This document shows, piece after piece, positions 53,756 to 64,000 of a stretch of DNA of 64,000 nucleotides (the stretch's first letter is position 1; each line of letters starts with the position of its first letter). A model generated the notes under the pieces. That model saw nothing but the letters and a program-made list of their open reading frames with translations, was not told where the DNA came from and ran no database searches. This DNA comes from Eledone cirrhosa. Lineage: Eukaryota. The translations under genes and the position numbers were made by a program. The stretch is taken from positions 16,096 to 80,095 of the forward strand of contig CAXHJY010001599.1 in the NCBI GenBank assembly GCA_964016885.1, in the 5' to 3' direction.

Positions 53756-54215
53756 CATCATTATCACCATCATCATCTTCCTGCAACTGGTGCAGCCAGT
53801 CGTTGGGTGCCACTCTAGACGCTTTTGCAGTCAGTTGTCACCATTTGTCTCTATTCTCTGTCATGCCTAGAAGCGTTTCGGTGTTGTGACCAGTCCAGTC
53901 TTTGATGTTGTCGGACTAAGATTTTCTTTGTTCTTCTCTTCTTCGCCCTCCCTCAACTGTGCCCTGAAGGATGGTTTTGGACAAGGAGTTGTGGCGGGAT
54001 ATATGACCATACCAAGCAAGCTTCCGTCTTTTCACTATATCAAGGAATGGTTCCTGTCTGCCAGCATATTTGTTAACGTGCTGTCTGACATAGCTGTTTG
54101 TTTTATGCTCCGTGTGTGGGATGTTTAGCAACCTTCTGAAGGACTTGTGCTCGAATGATTCTTCTTTTCATGTCAACTGTGCGAGTCCAGCTCTCACACC
54201 CATACAAAAGGATAC
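53756..54215 (-). pseudogene. RTE (BovB-like) LINE 3' fragment with (GAT)n tail
   Basis: ILLYG..SWT...FEHKSFRRLLNI..EHKTNSYV...VKRRKLAWYGHISRHNSLSKTILQGTVEGGRRR...DNIKDWTG...ENRDKW. Confidence 0.88.
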
Positions 54216-55942
54216 ATAGTGTAGGAAAAAGACAAGATCATCTTGGAAGGAAGATTTCTTATATGCTGGTATAACAAAAGAAAGTAAAAAGATCCCATAT
54301 AAAAAATAATACAATTCCATTGCTAGGAACCTCACAAAAAACAACGCACTAAAATATATGACCAGAGCGAGAGAAAGAAAAAAGAAAAAAAAAGGTGGAA
54401 GCAAAAATAAAAACAAAAACAACCATCAATTCGCCACCAAATGCGACAATCGGCCGCACATAAAGCTGTATATCTTTTCTGAATCTGGCTGAAGTTATTT
54501 TGCTTTACCTAATTAAGGCGAGCGATGTAAACGCTTGGTTCATTGAATTCTTTTTCTGGCTATCATATTCTGGATTAAATACATTATGACCAGGTTCACA
54601 CATTATTGTTACCACAGTGAATTGTTAAATGATGCCTGCTATTTCGACTATAGTCACCTGCTTATAAAGCTTTATTAGCGAATTAACAATTTCCAGAGTA
54701 ACAGAAATTAACATTTTCAGTGTTGTTTTAATGGCGTCTTACAACGGAGTTTTATTTATTACTTTTTTTTTTATTTCGATGAAAATTCACAAAATATTTC
54801 TCAAAATACATTAAGACAAAATTCCGAAATGCTTCGTACAAGAAAATATTCCAAACGTTGGCATGAATGCATTCATAAAATAATGTGGAATATGTATTTT
54901 ATTTACATAGTAATCGAAATATTTCAATGAAGCTTTTGTTCATTGACGGTTTATGGCGTTTATCTTTACATTAATATTTATTAAATAATTCTAATTCAAA
55001 CTTAACTGATGTTTTTAAATAAAAACCTAATCAATATCCCAAACTATATGATCTCATTTCAATTAACAGCTACCTTCCAATCATTTATACAAAATAAAAG
55101 ATAATTACATTTACTATTCCTATAACATAATGACATCAACACAAATTCTAAAGCACAATAATCTTATTGTATTGAGATAACAATAATCTGAATATATGTT
55201 ACATTTTATTATTCAAGAACTATCAACTGAGAAAGTAACATCGACTTCAATTGCGACATGAAATCATGCAAGACCTGATTGTTTTATAAAGAGAAATATT
55301 GCATAATCAGAGATAGAATAACTGCTCGCTATAGTATTCATAAAATTCAGAAGCATGGTAACGAATTGTCTCTTCAAATTAATAAATTTAAAAAATGGTA
55401 ATTTCATTTTGTTTATTTTTCACAGGTCTTTCTCTCACTCACTCTTTCTTTACCCCCCTCTCTCTCTTTCCTCTCTCTGTATATCTCTTGCTTTCTGTCT
55501 CCCTTTCTCTCACTTTCTTTCTCCCTCTCTCTCCCTCTCTTCTTTTCTCTCCTTTTTCCTTTAATGCTAACTTTAGAAAGGAGGGTAATATAAGACTGGA
55601 TATGAAATATAAAGTAATGTTAAGAGAGAAGTGCGTCTGGTATATTTATGTCAACTTCTAGTCGGGAGGCTCATCACCTTTATTTACATCCAATCTGATA
55701 GATCCACTTAATCTGACCCTCGATTTCATACGTGTTCCTTCATCTCGCAAATAACTGCTATAATAGGCCTCAATATTGCGATAAACGTGATTGGCCAGTT
55801 TCACTGTATTTTTTGCAATCCTAATATACTGCATTAAGTGCTCTGCATTGCATTATACTTAGACGAAATGATTTTTTATCTGTGTGGTCAGTGTCAAGTT
55901 TAGAATTCAAAGTTTACTCTTTTTTACATGGTGACATTAAAC

Positions 55943-56240
55943 GGCAGAGTCGTTAGAACATCGGATAGAATACTTTATGGTATTCTTTCCGTCTCAGCTC
56001 TCTGAGTTTAAATCCAGCCGAAATCAACTTTGCCTTTCATCCTTTCGAAGTCAATATAAAAAGTACCAGTCTAGTACTGGGATTGATTCTTTCTCTATAT
56101 TCTTTCTCATTTTCCTCTCTCTCACTTTCTATCTTTCTCTAGAAGAAATCTGTTGTACTCAGACCTGGAGAGGGATGGGCTCCGCTAGACTTAAAATACC
56201 CAAGAAACACCGTATGTTAACACGGCGTCTCTACGACTCC
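55943..56240 (+). mobile_element. SINE variant with the same head and core but a different 3' tail
   Basis: GGCAGAGTCGTTAGA...GAGTTTAAATCC...TTTGCCTTTCATCCTTTC...AAGTACCAG, then the tail shared with 2507-2680. Confidence 0.75.
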
Positions 56241-56628
56241 ATTTGGTTGATATTCTACAGAATCGAAGTCGCAATACTTTAGTCATCGGGGCTAAAAGCT
56301 CTAATTAAGACATTTAATTCTAAATTTATTTAAGAAAAAATGTGAATATGTATACTTTCACCATATGTTATGCAAGGTAACAGAAGTATGCTAGAGTAAA
56401 ATCAATCTGTAAATTGGCCTCCAACTTAGTAACTGTGTATTCCTCCTAAGTAAAAAAGAATCGATATTTCTACTTAGTTTAGAAATCAAATCAGATAAAT
56501 TGATGAAAAATGTAAAGATTCTGGTGATGGACATAAATGTTTTATGCAGGAAATACATATTGTGCCTTGTTGTAAATGATAAAAAGGAAATCAATTAAGC
56601 GAAAACGTACCCATGATATCAAACATTG

Positions 56629-56676
<48 letters not shown>

Positions 56677-56722
56677 AATCATACATGCACATACATCTAT
56701 TTATGTAACCACACATGTATAT

Positions 56723-56768
<46 letters not shown>

Positions 56769-57780
56769 GAGAGTTATAGACAGAGAGAAATGAGAGATAT
56801 TTGCGAATGAACTACAAATATTCATTTTTGTTCTTTAATACTCTATTGAAACATTCTATTTCATTTCAATAGAATGGCGATTGCTTTCGTTTACACACGA
56901 TTAACTGGCTGAAACTATAAAAGCAATCGCTGTGTTATATTGTGACACATGACAAAATCTAGCTAATATATTTTCACCTGATTGTCAAAGTAAACTTAAT
57001 CATCTATCATATAATACCTTACAGGAAAATGAGATCGGATCACTACTACAATCTGTAATCTGCACAACAGAAACAAAATACGTGGGATTTCTTTGATTCA
57101 AATAGCAAGTTGTTCGGTTTCTATCAAGTAAACCATTTAGCAATAAACTAGTCTGTAGCAAACAAAAGATTACATTAGCAACTGCTATTCTGACTCTATC
57201 CAATAATGCAAGCTAGCTTCACTCACTCCTACGCATATTATGATTATTCTTGGTGTAATTGGTTTCATTCTTAAACTGGGAAATTCACGATGAAAATTAT
57301 TTCAGAACCAGACGTTAGGATGTTGTATTTTATGCCAAATATATTATTAAGTAAATATTGGCAGCATTTTATTAATTAACTTTAGTTTTGAAAGAAAAAC
57401 GTTTTAATCACATTTCTTTTGCATGAAAGATAAATCGTACAATATCTTTACAACACTGCTGTTACTATAATATAAAGAGCGATGGTAATGTGAGAGATAG
57501 TACGCAGTGTACAGCGTAAACTTGTTCTTTCCGGGGTCCATTTTTTTTTTTTTAGTATGTTCGATGTCCACTAATGGGGATATGTTTTATTACGTGCCTT
57601 TGTCGAGTTTCTATTCATTTAATATAATCATGCATGTATCTTTTAATCAGTCCTCATAATAAATAACATTATATATATCTATATAAATGTGTGTGTATAA
57701 CATATATATATATATGCACATCATATACATACACAGGCACACACACACACCCACGTGTGTGTGTGTGTGTGTGTCTGTGT

Positions 57781-57965
57781 GTAAAAGGTAAACAGAAATA
57801 ACAACACAATCGGTACAGTATATGTAAGGAATATATTAGTTTTGCGCTTGAAATAGCAGCAAGAGTGTCTTAATGTTTCGGACGCTAGTCCTTCATCAAA
57901 AGAAAAAGTGAGAAATTAGAAAAATTGAAAAGACGGGCAGGGCGGAACCGGAAAAAATGTTTTTA
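57781..57965 (-). mobile_element. Penelope-like family B copy with degenerate hammerhead (57869-57901)
   Basis: Minus strand: TTGATGA A GGAC TAGC GTCC GAAA CATTAAG. Confidence 0.7.
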
Positions 57966-57970
57966 GAGGA

Positions 57971-58031
<61 letters not shown>

Positions 58032-58109
58032 AGTAAAATTCCAACCGCGGCGCCAAGTGTTTCCGGCTTGACACAAGCCGAAACCGCTTGGAGCCGCGGT
58101 CGGGATTTT

Positions 58110-58360
58110 ACATAATTAGAAAAATAAACCGCGGTAGGATTTGAACTGTAGAAAGTCGTAACTAAAGAGCGCCAAGCATTCATTTTGTCCGACGTTCTAA
58201 CGAGTCTGCCAATCCACAAACCTAAAAATATTACTAATAATTGTTTCTACTTTTGGCACAAGCCACCAATTATCCCAGTGCATTACTGGTACTTTATTTT
58301 ATCGACGACCCGGTAAGAATGAAAGGCAAAGTTAACCTCGACATGATTTGAACTCAGACC
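58110..58360 (-). mobile_element. Two partial SINE copies
   Basis: Head 58110-58217; 3' half 58237-58360. Confidence 0.8.
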
Positions 58361-58868
58361 TACTATGATTCTGCAAGTACTCACTGGAAGGAGTGTTTGA
58401 GGACTCTGCCTTCCACAAGAAGAAGAAGAAGAAGAAGAAGAAGAAGAAGAAGAAGAAGAAGAAGAAGAAAACTATGCTAATTAATAGTTAGTTTCTTTCA
58501 ATTATTCAGCGTAATCGATATTAGTGTTTGTTTTGTATTTGGTTTATTTTTATTGCTTTTGTGGGTTTGTTTGTTTTAATTTGACAAATAACTTTCTTTC
58601 TGTCAAGCAAACTACGTAAGAAACTTTAAGGTTAAAAAGGGTTCATTTTAAAAATATTAATACTAGTTCCTAAATAATTTGTCAGACGAGTTCTTTAGTA
58701 GAGATACAGGAATAATGACAGTGGGAGTTCGGACCTGGTGTACGTAAAAGTGATGGGGTGGGCGAGAGAGATGGGGGCGATGACATTGGGAGTTCGGCTC
58801 CTGTGTGTTCGGACCTGGTGTACGAGTGTGTGTATGTTTACTTCCACTCATTCGATATTATATCTCAG

Positions 58869-59052
58869 GTGAATTGGCAGCATCGGTAGAGCATCAGACA
58901 CCATGCTTTACAGCTTAGAGCTATGGCCCTTATTTTCTGAGTTCAAATCCAGCCGAGGTAAACTTTGTCTTTCATCCTTACGGGGTCGATAAAATAAAGT
59001 ACCAGTAATGCACTGGGATAATTGCTGGCCTTGTGCCAAAAGTAGAAACAAT
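58869..59052 (+). mobile_element. SINE with 12-bp TSD
   Basis: ATTATATCTCAG (58857-58868) / ATTATATGTCAG (59051-59062). Confidence 0.88.
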
Positions 59053-59502
59053 TATATGTCAGAAGCTTGTAGTAAATAAATATGCGAAGGAAGGATTGGT
59101 GAATGCCCAAATGAAATGAAAAGTTGATACAATGGAAAGAAGCTGTTCTTTAGTCTTTCCGGTAAGATTCAGTTATTTAATAAATAAATATATCCACTCT
59201 ACCTAATGTATTGAATATTTTATCTGAATTGTCGTTCTTTTCATTTCAAACGAGAATTAACAAATACATATATGTATATATGTATATCTATATACATATA
59301 TGCATATATTTATATGCATATACATATATATATGCATATATATAAATATATATACATATATAAATATAAATATATAAATATAAATATATAAATAAATATA
59401 TACACATATACACACACATATACATTTAAATACGTATATGTGCATTTAAATGCGTGTATATATATATATATATTACCTTTTACATACATATATATATACA
59501 CA

Positions 59503-59570
<68 letters not shown>

Positions 59571-60340
59571 AATATATATATATATACACGCATATAAATG
59601 TATATATATATATATATATACACACATTTATATACGTAGATACACACACATATATATACACACACAAATACACACATGTATGCTTGTCTAATGGTGGTGC
59701 CTGGGTTTCAGTCTGTGTGCGTGTGTGTGTGTGTTCCGAGACTTCTGGATATTTACTTGAAAACGGTCAATGATGTTTTCGTGAAATATTACAGGACACA
59801 CCGTATGTTTAACATAAAGTCACATCTCGTACAACAAGACATTTGCTAACTGAAATGGAATAATTTCCACTGGAAAATATTACTTGTCTTTAACTTAGAG
59901 ACTATTCTTGGGGGCAAGCAAAGTAAACCATTGATTTGATTATTTCAAGAATGCTAATATAGAAGCAAAATTTGTAATCAAGTTACATAAAAAAACCCAG
60001 ATCTGTTGTATTTTTTATTCTTCTATATTCGGTGGAATAATGAAATTTCGAGGTAGATATACAATTATTTATTCTGCTAACTTTACTAACAAAATGAAGA
60101 AAACGTTTAATTAAAAAAAAAAAATATCCATAGCTTATTTTTGTAAATGACATCAATTGTATTGATAAAAATGTATTACATATTAAGTGCATTGCATCGT
60201 ATTCAAAAGCAGTGAATCTGAGGCATTTTAACGTCTAAAGAATTGAAACTAATTTCTAACATATTTATTGTATTTAACACAGATACATCGGTGTACATAT
60301 TTTATTCTTTAAAAGCAGAGACTTTTAGTTCATTGAAATG

Positions 60341-60400
<60 letters not shown>

Positions 60401-60403
<3 letters not shown>

Positions 60404-60523
60404 GGTGGCCCAAAAGTCGCAATACATAGGAAATTTTTAAGTTTCCATATTTATTTATTTTGAATAAATTGTTTCTTATAAAACAATTTTTTTTTTATGT
60501 ATCGCGACTTTTTGGTCACACTA
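60401..60523. mobile_element. Tc1/mariner MITE
   Basis: TA|CAGGGTGGCCCAAAAGTCGCAATACATA ... TATGTATCGCGACTTTTTGGTCACACTA|TA. Confidence 0.75.
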
Positions 60524-60530
60524 TATCAAT

Positions 60531-60587
<57 letters not shown>

Positions 60588-61779
60588 AGTAAGTATGTGT
60601 CAGCTGTGCTAGACCGAGAAATAAAATTCTTATTTTCTTTTCAATATATATATGCTGAAAATGCACTCAGCTACATAAAACGTACAGGCAGCTGCATTTT
60701 TACATTGTAAGCTGCTTTTCTGGTGTGCAATGTTGCGTATTAAGGTGGTATTGCACTTAAGATGCCAGTTTGCACAACAGATTAGAGAATCACTCTGTTG
60801 GTAAGATGTTGGTAAAACGATGGTTAACATGTACATTTTACATGCAAAGTCCATTGTAAATTTACTTATAGTTGTAAGATTTGGTCTAAAGACACGTAAA
60901 TTTATTTGGCCATTTTTCTATTTTTATCGTCGATGAAAGCTCGGCTAACAACCATCTTCAAACCGCCTAAAATTTTGATCAATCATCAGGGCCAATGTTT
61001 CTTCCATGGTATATAGTTTTTCATTATTTATTCACCGTAAAGGGAACCATCGGAAATACTGGAATCCAATCAAGAATAACATAAACCGACATTTAATATC
61101 TGACTATTCGACCACAACCTTCTGACACATTCTTGCACCATCAATTTATATAGAGCTGAAAAATACGCGTAAGATAAGGATATTTTTGTTTGCATAAATA
61201 TTCACATTTACAATCTATCATTTCAATATAATTATAAATGTTAATGAATATTTATATAACCTAAGCATTCCTAAACACAGGCTTAATATAGAAAATCAAC
61301 CAAATGACACGCAAGCACTACTAATCGAAATGTAACACAAAATTAGAACGCCTCCTCCACAGATCATAAAACAGACAACACACTAGTCCAGAAAACAGGC
61401 ACAAGGAACAGCAGACAAAGCCTTTACAATACACACAGCACCACACACACACTACTCACAACAACAACAGCAATAACAACACACACACACACATAGAGTA
61501 ACACTCACACCACTCCTTACACTACAAACATCAACAACAACACAACCACAAATATACACAGGACATACTCAGCCAACTCCATGGCACACAACCCAACGGT
61601 CTTAAACCTCTTGGTTCTCCACGGAGAAATTATCGCTATTAGGCAAAGGACCAATATTCACAATAGCTCACAGTCTCCCAGAGCACACCACCTCCATCTC
61701 TAGAATGGCTTACCCGCTTCTGTGGACACACCAACTCAACGGAGACGACAAGACAGAACAGAACCCAACAAATAAACCT

Positions 61780-61848
61780 TTGTGCGGGCCGCATGTGTGC
61801 TTGTAAAGGGCCAAATGTGGCGCTCGGGCCACATGTTTGACATGCCTG
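61780..61848. mobile_element. Single hAT-like terminus
   Basis: GCGGGCCGCATG...CGGGCCACATGTTTGACATGCCTG, a typical hAT subterminal and terminal motif. Confidence 0.55.
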
Positions 61849-62687
61849 ATCTATCATTTCTCTTCACTCACTATGCGTTTTAATATGTGTTTATTCAGAT
61901 TTTAACACAGTTATTTCTGTTTAACTCTATAATAGATAACTAGAAATAAAACCATCCACTTTATATATACATATATATATGGCAAACAAAGAATCGTAGC
62001 TGTATTTGTGAGAATTGTTTCAGTTAGTAGTCTTTCATGTAGTCTTACACCTGCCTCTTATCTTTTGTCTGGTGTATTCTTGGTACTGTCTGTGTGAATT
62101 ATTAATGGAGTTAGCCTTCTGTGAATTGTTGCGACAAGTATTTCTCCCAATAGAAATTGTAAATTAAAACAATGCTTTAAAAGATGTGATACTTAAAAAG
62201 CTAATTTATTGACTAAAACATAACAATATTTCACACAATGTTAGTGTCTCTGACACATTGCTTTTTCTTTGCTATAAATATTCCATAGCCTGAAAAAAAC
62301 ATCCAACAACATATATCATTTATGTAATATTGCTGGGTTTCTAATTGTAATATCAATACTTTCCACGGTGGATATCTGAGAAAAATTTATTTCATTTTCT
62401 GGTTAATCAAAGTATTAAATAGGGAGCTGTATCACAACAATATCATGTTGTTGTTTTTTAAGAAACAAAACACCGGTGGATCGAGTGGCTAGAGCACACA
62501 ATCAGAATGGAGCAACACAAGACAACAAAAATAATATTAAGATGGACATTACTTGGAAAGCTAAAGCATGGATGGTTGAAGAATGGACTGGGGAAAAAGC
62601 ATTTTACGTGTAGCAAGACACAGAGCAACATGAATGGCGTCGAAGATTTATTTTATAATCTGGGTGGAGAGCATTAACAAACAAATA

Positions 62688-62893
62688 GGTAAGAGGCCAA
62701 CAATTTTGGGGGAGGGAAAAGTCGATTAAATCGACCCCTGTGCATTACTGGTACTTTATTTTATCAACCCCCTCGCAAGGATGAAAGGCATAGCTAACTT
62801 CTGTGGAATTTGACCTCAGATCGTAAATGGGCGTAACTGTATGCCATAAAGCATGTTGTCCGACGCTCTACCAATTTTGCCAATTCACCACCC
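62688..62893 (-). mobile_element. SINE (insert variant)
   Basis: Consensus match. Confidence 0.85.
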
Positions 62894-63566
62894 TATAAAT
62901 ATTGAAATCAATATTAAAATAACGCTTTGTATTACACTGAATTGATGAAAATCAATGTTAAAATGTCTATACGTTTATATTCATAGTGTCTTATTTGATA
63001 ATCTTGTTTGAAGATATCTGTGAAACAAAATGCGAGGCTGAAAAGTTTACTGACTTCGTGTCAGGCGAAAAATGAATCAATATAGAACGCAGTGACTAAC
63101 AAGTGATGCTTCATAAGGAGTCTCTAGAGAGCCCACAAACTTTATTTTTAATAAGGCTTTTGAAATTCCATATTTATAGATTTCCATGCGAAACACACCA
63201 ATAATTTTGTTTGACATCTAGTGAGCCATGAAGTAAAAACGATTGAAAATCACTGCTTTAATATATTCAACTTAGTTTTTACTATTAAACACTCTGATGG
63301 GTGTATTTACTTTTTATTCTTCCGTAATAAATAAAATATATCAAATCAGTATTTTTTTTCCTTTCAAATATTGTTTAAGTGCCTAGTCAAAATCAATTAA
63401 TGTTATGGTGTTCAGAAAAATGACCCAATTTATTAGTTCGTACTGTGGTTGCTAACAGGAAATAAGAGATCGTGATAAGAAGGAAAATTTCGTACAGACG
63501 TGTAATACAGTAATAGTTTCTTTAGTCTAGGCACTAAGCTAATTGTTATAGTTTAAGAGTCATGCA

Positions 63567-63613
<47 letters not shown>

Positions 63614-64000
63614 GACAGGGGGGGGGGGGGAAATGGCTTCACTTGTGCTTTCAACAAATTTATTTTCTTCACAAAATCCAAAAAGAATTTTTCTTAAAAA
63701 AAAATTATTTTATAAATTAAGTTGTTGGTTGTTGGTTAGGTCTTAGGAGTTCTTGGTTAACGTAGGAGGTATTGTTTCGTTTTTAGAAAGACCTTTCACG
63801 CTGAGGTGCGCTTGTCAAACTGATGTGTATGTGGTGTGTTGTTCTATATATAGGGATTTAACATGTCTGTGGTGTGGTGGGGGTTTCTTTTCTCCCCCTT
63901 TAATAAGTGCATGGGTGTAGGTGTGTTGAAAAAGTGTTCATAGCAGTAATGAGTTGAGACGGTGAGTAGGGTTGGGTGGGGAGAAATGTAGCAAGTGCGG

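Noticed and set aside
60700-61320. Faint Penelope RT-like fragments (also about 2860-3500 and 47050-48100)
   Set aside because: Too decayed to assign by eye; needs a translated HMM search

Overview
Repeat-saturated, AT-rich eukaryotic DNA with no recognisable host protein-coding exon. The SINE families and the extreme microsatellite density suggest an octopod cephalopod; this is an inference. Almost all ORFs in the supplied track are translations of (TA)n, (CA)n, (TGG)n, (GAT)n or (AGT)n microsatellites. The real content is mobile DNA. It includes a near-complete but pseudogenised R4/Dong-clade non-LTR retrotransposon (about 31.5-35.2 kb) followed by a second, 5'-truncated relative, 3' fragments of CRE, Dong, RTE and Tx1/L1 LINEs, about 25 copies of a tRNA-derived SINE (several with clear target-site duplications), and mariner, pogo and hAT remnants and MITEs. 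The most interesting layer is not visible in the ORF track. About 14 minimal type-I hammerhead ribozyme motifs (CUGANGA-stem II-GAAA-short palindromic stem III-UH) sit in short elements embedded in or next to (TA)n tracts, several inside long palindromes (332 bp at 46.2 kb, about 1.55 kb at 37.4-38.9 kb). A separate TA-anchored fold-back element has an inverted arm that always begins at the same nucleotide. Together these look like several Penelope-like or retrozyme-like families that target microsatellites. All calls were made by eye and no databases were searched.
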